Counted from the first letter of the stretch, positions 50,149 to 60,466 are shown. The stretch is 64,000 nt of DNA from Candidatus Poribacteria bacterium (GCA_965215015.1 OZ244042.1:256001-320000); one strand, 5' to 3'. Numbers and translations: made by a program. Notes: a model not told the origin generated them from the letters alone.

Positions 50149-53100
50149 ATGCCAACCCTCATCCTCAAACCCACCCACAAGCCCATCAAAGCCTACTACG
50201 CCGCAGTCAAGCAATTTGACCGGCTCGGCGTTACACACGAGACTGCTGTCCGATCGGCATTTCAATCCCTGCTTGAATATTGTGCACGACAGTTTAGCCT
50301 GACTCTGGTGCCTGAACATTCGATAACCGTCCATCGAAACAAGCGGATTGTGGTTGATGGTGCGTTGATCGACGATTTCCAACTGCCTCACGGCTATTGG
50401 GAGGCAAAGGATATCCACGACAACCTGCCAATCCAAGTCCAGCGCAAGTTTGAAGCAGGATACCCCCGCGACAATCTCCTCTTCCAAACGCCACAACGCG
50501 CCATTCTTTGGCAGAACGGTCAGCAGATGCTTGATGTCAATCTGAATGACCCGATGCAACTCATAGAGGTCCTCGAAACCTTCTTTTCCCACCGTTCGCA
50601 GGAATACACCCAATGGGAGGAGGCGGTTGCACAGTTCAAAGACAAAGTGCCCGCCCTCGGAGACAGTTTGGCAGCCCTGATCCAAAAGGAACGGGAGGCC
50701 AACCTCCACTTTACCACCGCGTTTGAGGATTTTTACGAGAAATGCCGTCAATCGATCAATCCCAACCTCTCCGAAGCTGCTGTTGAGGAGATGTTGATCC
50801 AACATCTGTTGACCGAGCGGATTTTCCGAACTGTCTTTAGCAACCCCGATTTCACTGACCGTAATGTCATCGCCCGCGAGATCGAGACCGTCATTAAGGC
50901 ACTCACAGAGCAAGCGTTTAGCCGGGACGATTTTCTGCGTAGCCTGGATCGCTTTTACCTCGCAATCGAACGGGCAGCCGCAACCATCAACGACTTCTCC
51001 CAAAAGCAGAGCTTCCTCAACACGGTTTACGAGCAGTTTTTTCAAGGCTTTTCGGTCCAGGTTGCCGATACGCACGGGGTAGTCTACACACCGCAACCGA
51101 TTGTCGATTTTATGGTGAGAAGCGTGGATCAGATATTAAAGACCGAATTTGGGAACGGGCACAGAGAACCGGCAGCCACGAGAGCTGCCACTACGATTTC
51201 GGATAGGGAGGTTCACATCATCGACCCGTTTGTGGGGACAGGCAATTTCATTGTGCGGATGATGCGGGAGATTCGCCCAACCGCACTTGAGGATAAATAC
51301 ACAGCAGAACTCCACTGCAACGAGGTGATGTTGCTGCCCTACTATATCGCCTCGATGAACATTGAGCATGAATTTTATGAGGCGATAGGCACGTATCGTC
51401 CCTTTGAGGGTATCTGCCTCGTGGATACCTTTGAACTGGCAGAGGACCGACAGTTGCCCCTATTCGCGCCGGAGAACACCCAACGCGTTGAGGCTCAGAA
51501 GAACACCCCGATGTTTGTCATTATCGGCAATCCACCCTATAACGTCGGTCAGGTCAACGATAGCGACAATAACAGGAATCGGAAATACCCAGCGATGGAC
51601 GCACGGGTTGCAGAAACCTATGCAAAAGATTCCAAGGCGAAGCTCAAAAGTAAACTCTACGATCCGTATGTAAAAGCAATTCGGTGGGCATCGGATCGGA
51701 TTGGGGAGAAAGGGGTTGTCGCCTTCGTGACCAACAACAGCTTTCTTGACGGTGTGGCGTTTGATGGAATGCGGAAACACCTTGCAGATGATTTCGACGC
51801 GATTTATATTTTGGACTTGGGCGGAAATGCACGGAAGGGATTGAAGGCCTCGGATGCCAATGTGTTCGGGATACGGGTCGGCGTGAGCATCAACCTATTT
51901 GTGAAGAACGGATGGGCGATGAATCGCCCTACTACAAACAGAGGGGGCTCGGTCTCTGCTCGTATCTTTTACTATCGCACCGATGACCAATGGAACAAAA
52001 AACGAAAGTTCGATTTTCTGAATGAGTATGGACATATAGGCAATGTAGATTGGCAGACTATTTGTCCCGACGCGCGCCACACATGGTTGACAGAGGGGCT
52101 CCACGCCGAATTTGAAACCTTTATCCCAATGGGAAGTCAGGAAGCGAAGGCAGGAAAAGGCGAGGCGGTAGGTGTGATTTTCAAAACTTATAGCCTCGGC
52201 ATCAACACTGCCCGGGACGCATGGGCGTACAACTTTAATCGAAACGCTTTGGCTGAAAACATAAGTGGAATGATTGATACCTACAATGCAGAAGTCGATC
52301 GATGGAAACGTCAAGTCAATTGGAACGCAAATGTCGATGATTTTGTGGTTTATGATGACAAGAAAATCAAGTGGGATCGGGAATTAAGACAGCACTTAAA
52401 ACGAGAGAGAATCGCCGAATATACCGAACACAAGGTGAGAAGTTCATTCTACCGTCCTTTCACAAAATCAAATCTCTACTTTGATCGGGTTATGAACAAT
52501 CGCGTGTATGTGTTTCCATCTATCTTCCCCACACCAGAGGCCGAAACAGAAAATCGGGTGATTTGTGTTGCTGGTATTGGTGATAGAAAAGGCTTTGGCT
52601 GTCTTATAACAAATAGGATTCCTGCCCTTGATTTGGCCTTTGAAAAGGCCCAATGCTTCCCCTTTTACACCTACGACGAGGACGGAACGAACCGCCGCGA
52701 AAACATCACCGATTGGGCGTTGGCACAATTCCGAACACATTACCGAGACGACACCATTACCAAGCACGACATTTTTCATTACGTCTACGCCCTCTTGCAT
52801 CACCCCGACTATCGGGAACGGTATCAAGCGAACCTCAAGCGCGACCTGCCGCGCCTGCCGTACACCCCCGACTTTTGGGGGTTTGCCAAAGCGGGACAAC
52901 GGTTAGGGGAAATCCACATCGGCTATGAGGAGATGCCCGAATATCAGCTCACATTCATCGAAAACCGTGAGGTGCCGCTCGATTGGCGTGTGGAAAAGAT
53001 GAAACTGTCCAAAGACAAAACGCAAATCAAATACAACGACTTCCTAACCCTCGACGGGATACCCGCGAAGGCGTTTGAGTATCGACTTGGGAATCGGTCC

Positions 53101-53277
53101 GCGTTGGAATGGGTAATCAACCAGTATTGCATCAAGACAGACAAACGCAGCAGCATCCTCAACGACCCGAACCGTCAGGAGGAGCCACAATATATTGTCA
53201 AGCTAATCGGAAAGGTGATCGCAGTCAGTTTGGAGACAGGGGCGATTGTCGATGGATTGCCGGGGCTTACATCGTGA
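50149..53277 (+). CDS. Single-chain R-M enzyme (type IIG / helicase-less type ISP-like, N6-adenine MTase)
   Basis: N-terminal VDG...WEAK nuclease motif, VYTPQPIV, DPFVGTG, GNPPY, ISP-type C-terminus RSALEW...NDPN. Confidence 0.9.
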   Translation: MPTLILKPTHKPIKAYYAAVKQFDRLGVTHETAVRSAFQSLLEYCARQFSLTLVPEHSITVHRNKRIVVDGALIDDFQLPHGYWEAKDIHDNLPIQVQRKFEAGYPRDNLLFQTPQRAILWQNGQQMLDVNLNDPMQLIEVLETFFSHRSQEYTQWEEAVAQFKDKVPALGDSLAALIQKEREANLHFTTAFEDFYEKCRQSINPNLSEAAVEEMLIQHLLTERIFRTVFSNPDFTDRNVIAREIETVIKALTEQAFSRDDFLRSLDRFYLAIERAAATINDFSQKQSFLNTVYEQFFQGFSVQVADTHGVVYTPQPIVDFMVRSVDQILKTEFGNGHREPAATRAATTISDREVHIIDPFVGTGNFIVRMMREIRPTALEDKYTAELHCNEVMLLPYYIASMNIEHEFYEAIGTYRPFEGICLVDTFELAEDRQLPLFAPENTQRVEAQKNTPMFVIIGNPPYNVGQVNDSDNNRNRKYPAMDARVAETYAKDSKAKLKSKLYDPYVKAIRWASDRIGEKGVVAFVTNNSFLDGVAFDGMRKHLADDFDAIYILDLGGNARKGLKASDANVFGIRVGVSINLFVKNGWAMNRPTTNRGGSVSARIFYYRTDDQWNKKRKFDFLNEYGHIGNVDWQTICPDARHTWLTEGLHAEFETFIPMGSQEAKAGKGEAVGVIFKTYSLGINTARDAWAYNFNRNALAENISGMIDTYNAEVDRWKRQVNWNANVDDFVVYDDKKIKWDRELRQHLKRERIAEYTEHKVRSSFYRPFTKSNLYFDRVMNNRVYVFPSIFPTPEAETENRVICVAGIGDRKGFGCLITNRIPALDLAFEKAQCFPFYTYDEDGTNRRENITDWALAQFRTHYRDDTITKHDIFHYVYALLHHPDYRERYQANLKRDLPRLPYTPDFWGFAKAGQRLGEIHIGYEEMPEYQLTFIENREVPLDWRVEKMKLSKDKTQIKYNDFLTLDGIPAKAFEYRLGNRSALEWVINQYCIKTDKRSSILNDPNRQEEPQYIVKLIGKVIAVSLETGAIVDGLPGLTS

Positions 53278-54253
53278 TCGATTGGAGGGTGGCAATCTGA
53301 AGATGCCCCCTCGCTTCCATTTCCCCACAACTAGTTATCCCGAAAATCCTTTAATCCAGTAAATCCTGATTCAGACAAGCTCAACCCTCCACGGGATACC
53401 CGCAAAGGCGTTTGACTATTTGGAGACAGGGGCGATTGTGAAAGGGTTGCCAGATTGGGCAATCTGAAGATCCGCCCTCCCTGCCATTTCCCCACAACTA
53501 GTTATCCTGAAAATCCGCTAATCCACTAAATCCCGATTCAGACAAGATATTATCAAAATTATCCGAAAGGTGATCACGGTCAGTTCGGAGACAGGGGCGA
53601 TTGTGAAAGGATTGCCAGATTGGGCAATCTGAAGAGGCACCCTCGCTTCCATTGCCCCACAACTAGTTATCCTGTAGTTATCCTGAAAATCCTTTAATCC
53701 AGTAAATCCTGATTCAGACAAGCTCAACCCTCCACGGGACACCCGCAAAGGCGTTTGACTATTTGGAGACAGGGGCGATTGTGAAAGGATTGCCAGATTG
53801 GGCAATCTGAAGAGGCACCCTCCCTGCCATTGCCCCACAATTAGTTATCCTGAAAATCCTTTAATCCACTAAATCCCGATTCAGACAAGATATTATCAAA
53901 ATTATCCGAAAGGTGATCACGGTCAGTTCGGAGACAGGGGCGATTGTGAAAGGATTGCCAGATTGGGCAATCTGAAGATCCGCCCTCCCTGCCATTGCCC
54001 CACAACTAGTTATCCTGAAAATCCGCTAATCCACTAAATCCCGATTCAGACAAGATATTATCAAAATTATCCGAAAGGTAATCACAGTCAGTTTGGAGAC
54101 GGGGGCGATTGTCGATGGATTGCCGGGGCTTACATCGTGATCGATTGGAGGGTAGCAATCTGAAGATGCCCCCTCGCTTCCATTTCCCCACAACTAGTTA
54201 TCCTGAAAATCCTTTAATCCACTAAATCCTGATTCAGACAAGCTCAACCCTCC
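53206..54253 (+). repeat. Six-unit mosaic array (165-190 bp) built from the R-M gene 3' end plus an AATCC-rich motif
   Basis: Units end in ATTCAGACAA at 53378, 53545, 53721, 53888, 54053 and 54241. Confidence 0.9.
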
Positions 54254-54777
54254 CGTCTAGCGCGACGCCGGGTGATTCGGCGTTGGGCTTTACGGTCTCC
54301 ATCATCCTCCGTGTTTGTCGTTCGTTGACGGTGTCGTAACCGTTCCCGTACACGGGGCCTATTGTCTGTGGACTCTGATGCTAGGTGATTTGAGCGAGCG
54401 TACCGGCTCCGGTTGAGCGTCCGTTGAATTGGGAGATGATCCTGACGTTCTCCAACACGACGATTGGGGGTTGTCCCTTGGATTGACCTTTGAGCAGGAG
54501 CACGTTGAACAGGCTTCTCATCCGCACGGTAACTATCATGCGGATTCGGATCGATATGCATCCGATAGTCCAATTCAGATACGTCGCCGTAATATTGGCG
54601 ATATTGGGACAGCTGCCAAGCGTCATAGAAGAAGCTTGGCGGGAGACTATCATAAAACTCCACATCGTTTTCATAGACCAACTGTTCCTCTTCAAGAGGG
54701 ACAGTGCGGATGCTGCACCCCGCCACAAACATGGCTGCAAGTGAAATCACCAACACAATATGAAAGCGAAATTTCAT
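54244..54777 (-). CDS. Hypothetical lipoprotein with Arg-rich disordered tail
   Basis: Lipobox VAGC; GAGGA RBS; follows the IPT/LysM gene in the same direction. Confidence 0.7.
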   Translation of the reverse strand: MKFRFHIVLVISLAAMFVAGCSIRTVPLEEEQLVYENDVEFYDSLPPSFFYDAWQLSQYRQYYGDVSELDYRMHIDPNPHDSYRADEKPVQRAPAQRSIQGTTPNRRVGERQDHLPIQRTLNRSRYARSNHLASESTDNRPRVRERLRHRQRTTNTEDDGDRKAQRRITRRRARREG

Positions 54778-54815
54778 GATAGTCCTCTATTTCGTCGGAT
54801 TTGCTGCCTGTACCA

Positions 54816-55739
54816 CTAATCTCCCCATACGGATCCACGTGGCACCCACAACCATTGCTGTCCCGGATAGAGTCGCTGCCGATCGAAGTCGTAGTCGTCC
54901 TGATTTGCTTCGGCGAGCCGGGGCCACAGTTCGGCATCGTCGTATACTTCTGGACGTGAGGCAATTATTGCAAGCGTATCTCCTTCACGTACAAGGTATC
55001 GGTCAACCTTCTCCGGGGAGACGATTGTAAAGCTAAAGGTGCGCCCCGAAGCCAAGGTATTGCCAGCGGCGGCGGTATCTTTGACACCCGATATATTGAC
55101 AGTATACTTACGCCCTGATCGATACGGTTCGTTGGAGGAAAATGTAATTGTGTTCCCACTGCCAGAAACAGTACCAGCAATCTCGCCAGATTGTTCGGTA
55201 GCAGAATCCGGCGTTGACTCAACGGAAACAGTTAAAGTACCAGAGGCGCTGTCAACATCTTCGCTGAAGGTGATTGAAATAGGAACACTCACACTCAACG
55301 AGTCTTCATACTCCGATATGACTGTCCCATCCGCGGGGCTGACTCCCGTGATTGTTGGAGCGGTTGCGTCGGTGTAGGTAAATTGCTGGCTTATTGTAAC
55401 AGTGCCCTCTGGTTTCGTATTGCCGTTGTTGGTTACAACGACTGAAACCGATTCGCCTGCCATCCCCGGCGGTGTCACTGCCGTAATCTCCATTGCACTG
55501 GGAACATTTACGCTTGTGGCATTCTTCCCGCCTATCTTCACCGTAACACCATTTTTCATATCAAACTTTTCACCCGTAATTCGGATGGTTGTCCCACCGG
55601 TCTCGGGGCCTTCCGTTGGACTGAAACTTGCTGGCTCAGGGGGCGGATTGCAGCCGCTGCATCCGGAAATCCCAACCAATATAAATGCAAATGCAATAAC
55701 CGTTGAAATATTTCTGAGTGTTTTCATTAGTGTTTTCAT
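54816..55739 (-). CDS. Lipoprotein with IPT/TIG, Ig-like (Big_5) and LysM domains
   Basis: Lipobox ISGC; SPTEGPETGGTTIRITG; ITFSEDVD...GVKD; YLVREGDTLAIIA...LYPGQ. Confidence 0.85.
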   Translation of the reverse strand: MKTLMKTLRNISTVIAFAFILVGISGCSGCNPPPEPASFSPTEGPETGGTTIRITGEKFDMKNGVTVKIGGKNATSVNVPSAMEITAVTPPGMAGESVSVVVTNNGNTKPEGTVTISQQFTYTDATAPTITGVSPADGTVISEYEDSLSVSVPISITFSEDVDSASGTLTVSVESTPDSATEQSGEIAGTVSGSGNTITFSSNEPYRSGRKYTVNISGVKDTAAAGNTLASGRTFSFTIVSPEKVDRYLVREGDTLAIIASRPEVYDDAELWPRLAEANQDDYDFDRQRLYPGQQWLWVPRGSVWGD

Positions 55740-56421
55740 TTAGGTCATTCTCCTGAACGTTTGGACTACAATATCAAGTCGTCTGTTGAAACGCTGGAGG
55801 GCAGTCAAAACTCAGGCATTCTCGATAAAACAAAAAAGCGCGCCGTTGTGAGGACTTTCACTGCGTGGGGGATGACATTGTAGTATTGAAATTCAAAACC
55901 CTTGATACCAAAGATAAATTAAACAATAGCTTCTTACTAGTATACAGATTGATGGGCAGTTTGTCAACACTTTTTATGAATGTGTAAAAATTTGCAATGG
56001 TCGTAATGGGGTTCATGGGCAGTGGAATACCGCTCAATGCAAAATCTACCATTACCACCCCTGTTAGCGTACGAACCACCGCACAGCGTAGTTGCCTGCG
56101 ATATCCTCAAATGCCAATGTGTACGGGGCGCACTTTGCAGCCTTGCGAGAAGGTATCGGCAAGGTCGTGACCCGATTCGGGCTAGACTGCTCCTTCGGTG
56201 TCGTGTGAGAGCACCTCGCGCCATTCGTCGCGCATATAAAAACTATACAGATCGAAGTCATAAATAAAATTCTGGCTTGGTGCATTGGTCCCACCTTGCG
56301 CTCGGTTAGAAATGCTGTCCAAAGTTTCTGAATGAGACATATACCACACAACGGCTTAAATATTGTGTTTAATTTTTGATAGAATCATGATACAATTGGA
56401 AAAAGCATCAGGGGAGGATAT

Positions 56422-57297
56422 ATGTTCATTCTTAGATTTGATGTTGAAAGCGCGTACGCGCTCCACCCAAGCATTGAATCCAACGGGAACTGGCAAATCT
56501 GGCTCGAGGAAACTCTCACTAGTGTTGAACAGATTACGCGGGTTTTGAAGCGATATGATGCGCCGGCAACCTTTTGTATCGTGGGGAAGGTGCTGGAAAG
56601 AGCAGGTGATGATCTCGCTGACTTGCTGAAAGACAATCCGCTTTTCGACATCGCGTCGCATACTTACAGCCACATGGGAATTTCAAGTACCGAACCCGCG
56701 GTACTTCGACAGTTCAGGGCCGAACTTGAGCAGACATCAGACCTTATCGCGCAATATTTTGGGATAGGTCCAATTGGTTTTTGTGCACCCGGTGGTTTCT
56801 ACAAAGGGCTACAGGGACATCCAAAGCAGCTCGGTATCTTGTCGGAGCAGGAATACCAGTTTATTATTACCGATGGCGTGGGACCACCAGAACAGCCGAT
56901 GCCTGCCCCTTTCACCCAGCCGTACTGGTACGTTGAAGATGGATACCCGGAACTGTTTGAAATACCAGTCACTGGGTGGCATTGTAATTTGCTATTCAAT
57001 ACGGGACACCAGAGTGATGGCTGGCAACCCGCTCCCGGATTTGCGGACGGAACGATTCTAGAGAGGTTGCCCGCGACGGTAGAAGAGGGGTTTCAAGCAC
57101 GAAAAAAGGAGTTTCAGTACGCCATTGAGCGCAATCTCGTTTATGCGCCCGCGATGCATCCGTGGTCGGTGTACCGCTTTGATTCGGAACTGAAGCACAT
57201 TGAATGGTTAATTGAAATGGCACAGGAAGAGAACGTACCAATTATGAACTGTTATCAGCTCTATGAGAAGTACCGGGATTTAGCAGCGGCAGCCTAA
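56422..57297 (+). CDS. Polysaccharide deacetylase family protein
   Basis: RFDVE, ASHTYSH, GFCAPGG, MHPW. Confidence 0.85.
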   Translation: MFILRFDVESAYALHPSIESNGNWQIWLEETLTSVEQITRVLKRYDAPATFCIVGKVLERAGDDLADLLKDNPLFDIASHTYSHMGISSTEPAVLRQFRAELEQTSDLIAQYFGIGPIGFCAPGGFYKGLQGHPKQLGILSEQEYQFIITDGVGPPEQPMPAPFTQPYWYVEDGYPELFEIPVTGWHCNLLFNTGHQSDGWQPAPGFADGTILERLPATVEEGFQARKKEFQYAIERNLVYAPAMHPWSVYRFDSELKHIEWLIEMAQEENVPIMNCYQLYEKYRDLAAAA

Positions 57298-57388
57298 CAA
57301 GGATATCAGGTAGTCGCGCCAACAAGGGATAAGTTAGAGACCTTTGTTACAACATTTCACCATTTTTTCTTGGGAGGTGCCATCCATT

Positions 57389-58594
57389 ATGACTACGATT
57401 AATACTCCAATTCTCAACGATCAACAGATAGCGGACTTCCATGAGAACGGCTATGCGATTGTTCGCAATGTACTCTCCCCTGACGAAGCGGATAAATTTC
57501 GTCGTGTCGTCCAAGAACAAGCACAATACAATTCATACCCGGCTTCGCTGAAGTATCCCGAACCGGGGAAGTATACGATCAGCGGAAATAAGATGGCTGA
57601 GTCAAGTCTTGCCTCGATTGCCGAACATCCGACGGTTGTGAATGCCGTTGAGTGCGCGCTCGGTCAGCCAGCGCATCTGACCGCTTTCGTGGCGTACCTG
57701 CGGAGTCCGGGCGATCGAGGCTCTGGGGGGCACTGTGACTACAAACGTTGGCGTCCAGTCGGCTCATCCATGAACTGGGTGTTCGCTATCATTCCGCTGA
57801 CCGATTTCGATGAAGTGTATGGCCCCTTTATGGTGTCCCCCAAATCTCATAAGTTGGCTCAGGTTATCGACGAGGAAGCGCATATCTTGGATCTCACCCG
57901 TCCCGATGCCAAGCAACTCGCCCCCTTTATCGATCCGGAACTCAAGGCAGGTGATTTACTAATCACAAATCAGCATACGTGGCATAGAGCACCCGCTGGC
58001 ACGGCTACAGACGACCGTTGTGGAATTTTCCATAAATATTGTGCAGTCAATGCCCCTCCCTCCGCAGGCTACTATCCTTATAATTCCGCGGCCCTTAACG
58101 CACTAAGCGATGCCGGTAAACGCCTTATCCCTGTCTGTTTCGACAAGCCTATCGCAACCGCGCGCTTGCTGGTCGAATGTCCGTCTGACAATGAATCGAA
58201 ATACTTGCTGCTGCACGACGATGAGAGTGCCCGGTGGGAATTGCCCGGTGGGGAAGGCTGGGAAGAAGAAGGCGTCGGCTGGGACATCGGCGCGCGTATT
58301 GCTTCTCTGCAAGATCTTACAAAAACACAGCTCGGATTGGACGTTCCATGGATGTCCTATATCGAGGATGTTGAAAAGGCAGACGGTATATGCCGTGTGT
58401 ACGGCTACTCCGATGCGTCGTTGGGGTCTAAGCAACTCACCAATGGTTGTTACGACTGGGTTACGAAAGATCGCGTGGAACAGATGCTTGGTGATAACGA
58501 CTATATCTGTCACGCCATCCACACATGGCACCGAGAGGACATCATTCGGGGCAAAGGCAAAGCGTGTCGTCAGAGTAAAGAGCAATTCGACTAA
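57389..58594 (+). CDS. PhyH-family dioxygenase fused to a degenerate NUDIX-like domain
   Basis: GHCD, GPFMVSPKSH, TWHRA; C-terminal YLLLH...WELPGG. Confidence 0.82.
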   Translation: MTTINTPILNDQQIADFHENGYAIVRNVLSPDEADKFRRVVQEQAQYNSYPASLKYPEPGKYTISGNKMAESSLASIAEHPTVVNAVECALGQPAHLTAFVAYLRSPGDRGSGGHCDYKRWRPVGSSMNWVFAIIPLTDFDEVYGPFMVSPKSHKLAQVIDEEAHILDLTRPDAKQLAPFIDPELKAGDLLITNQHTWHRAPAGTATDDRCGIFHKYCAVNAPPSAGYYPYNSAALNALSDAGKRLIPVCFDKPIATARLLVECPSDNESKYLLLHDDESARWELPGGEGWEEEGVGWDIGARIASLQDLTKTQLGLDVPWMSYIEDVEKADGICRVYGYSDASLGSKQLTNGCYDWVTKDRVEQMLGDNDYICHAIHTWHREDIIRGKGKACRQSKEQFD

Positions 58595-58596
58595 AT

Positions 58597-58620
58597 TTGC
58601 GCCGGAGGCCTCCGGCGCAA
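58597..58620. terminator. 24-bp perfect palindrome immediately after the stop codon
   Basis: TTGCGCCGGAGGCCTCCGGCGCAA; no T-tract. Confidence 0.4.
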
Positions 58621-58790
58621 TCTCACGATACAAGGCATAAGTTGCTATCTATCATATTTGGGGAACGCAATGAGTAGATAGGGGCTTTTCTCTGAATTTA
58701 ACGCAAAGATGCCCCCTTACCCCCCTCGGTCCCCCCGCAAGCAGGGGGAGGTGCAAGGGGGGGACTAAAGGGGTCCAGTACCGCTTCGGT

Positions 58791-59072
58791 TGCCCTCCCA
58801 AGGGAATGCTTACCGCATCATGGATTCACAATTTCATCGGGAGAGCTGAAAAAACGAAACTAGAACCTTCCCTGACGAAGGGGAAGACGGTTGTCTCGTT
58901 TTCTTCTTTTTGCGTTCCCCTTCCCCCTGCTAAATACCCGGTGGGTTGTCCGTCAGTTCCTGGCTCATTGAGCCTACCCCCCTCAATCCCCCCCCAAGCA
59001 GGGGGAAGAGATACCGTGTGGGTATTCGGGCCTGAGGGGGGTGCGTCCAAGCGTTTTATTAAAAGCCAGTAA
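58791..59072. repeat. Dispersed ~270-bp structured element, copy 2
   Basis: Matches 10015-10286; carries a C/G-rich REP insertion at ~58977-59008. Confidence 0.85.
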
Positions 59073-59076
59073 TTCA

Positions 59077-59279
59077 TTACTTATCCCCTTTGGGGAATAG
59101 CGGATTCGACAGTGCCGCCTGATAGGTTTGTCGTCTGCCGGACTGATCGCCGCCGAGCCATCGGTATTGCCTCGGATAGAGCGTCAGGGACCGGTCTTCC
59201 AGCGGCAGCTTCAGCGGGACACTGCCCCACAGGGCGGAATACTTGGCGGCGACCGCCGCTTCGAGGGACTGGCGTAGGT
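59077..59279 (-). pseudogene. Duplicated 3' end of the Gfo/Idh/MocA gene
   Basis: 59088-59279 matches 59389-59580 with 3 mismatches; ends ...FPKGDK*. Confidence 0.85.
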
Positions 59280-59341
59280 GAAGAAACGAAACTAGAACCT
59301 TCCCTGACGAAGGGGAAGACGGTTGTCTCGTTTTCTTCTTT

Positions 59342-60466
59342 TTACGTTCCACTTCCCCCTGCTTGCGGGGGGACTGAGGGGGGTGCCTCTTTGGGGAATA
59401 GCGGATCCGACAGTGCCGCCTGATAGGTTTGTCGTCTGCCGGACTGATCGCCGCCGAGCCATCGGTATTGCCTCGGATAGAGTGTCAGGGAGCGGTCTTC
59501 CAGCGGCAGCTTCAGCGGGACACTGCCCCACAGGGCGGAATACTTGGCGGCGACCGCCGCTTCGAGGGACTGGCGTAGGTCATGCCCCGATATGGCCAGC
59601 TCCCCTCCGTTTGACACCACGTCGAGGAAAGACATAATCGATGTTGCCATATAGGTGAAACGGGGATATTGCACCGGGGTGTAGAAAGTTTCCACCTTAA
59701 TCCGGGCCCCGTTCGGATCAAAACCACGATAGATTTCGGGGGGTGCCCAATCCCATCGAATGAGTGTATCGTCAGTCCATACGTCAACGCCCCGGTAAGG
59801 GGTCTCCTCACCGAAAACGGGACAGATGAGACCGTTGCTCAGACGAAATTGCCCGTTGATAATCAAACCATCGTCGTTGTCGCCTTGAAGTGCTGCTTCA
59901 GGTGTGCCCCAAGCGATTACCTCGGTTATCTCTGCCTGTGCTAGGAGCCGCAGCACAGCAATATGCTGACACCCGCCGCCCGATATCTCGCCGCCCCAGC
60001 GGTGGATGCAGGTGCCGCGTAGTTCACCGTAGTTACCAGCGCGGAGCCAACCAGCAACCTCTTGGACCTCCGAAAGTGCCCGCTGGAGGTTCCCCCCGGC
60101 AAAGACGACGCCGCGTTCCTCACATACCTCAACCATTTCATCGGCATCTGCCAGACACGCCCCAATTGGCTTGTCGGTGGACACGCCTTTGACTCCCGCT
60201 TCAGCACTTGCAATCACCGCGTCTTTTATATACTTGCCGGGCAAAACGACAGCGGCAATGTCCGGGACAATTTCGCGGTACATAGCTTCCGCGTCCGGGT
60301 ACAGTGCTTTGATGCCAAAACGTTCACCGACAGCGCGCCGCCGCTCCGGGTTGTGTTCAGCAATGGCAACCAACTCGGTATTCGGCAGTGTCTGATACAC
60401 CTCCGCGTAGTGCTGACCGAGGCGTCCGCAACCAATAATCGCAACGGTATATTTGGGATCAGCCAT
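59342..60466 (-). CDS. Gfo/Idh/MocA family oxidoreductase
   Basis: IIGCGRLG, STDKP; AAGGAGG RBS. Confidence 0.9.
   Translation of the reverse strand: MADPKYTVAIIGCGRLGQHYAEVYQTLPNTELVAIAEHNPERRRAVGERFGIKALYPDAEAMYREIVPDIAAVVLPGKYIKDAVIASAEAGVKGVSTDKPIGACLADADEMVEVCEERGVVFAGGNLQRALSEVQEVAGWLRAGNYGELRGTCIHRWGGEISGGGCQHIAVLRLLAQAEITEVIAWGTPEAALQGDNDDGLIINGQFRLSNGLICPVFGEETPYRGVDVWTDDTLIRWDWAPPEIYRGFDPNGARIKVETFYTPVQYPRFTYMATSIMSFLDVVSNGGELAISGHDLRQSLEAAVAAKYSALWGSVPLKLPLEDRSLTLYPRQYRWLGGDQSGRRQTYQAALSDPLFPKEAPPSVPPQAGGSGT

Noticed and set aside
50140-51096. 318-aa minus-strand ORF
   Set aside because: Antisense shadow of the R-M gene with no recognisable motifs.
53206-54253. CRISPR array or DGR template/variable repeats
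   Set aside because: Units are 165-190 bp with homologous spacers, differences are not restricted to adenines, and no reverse transcriptase is in the window.
56064-56351. Small minus-strand ORF with Ig-like YTLAFEDIAGN
   Set aside because: No RBS, and the similarity is too short to support a gene or pseudogene call.
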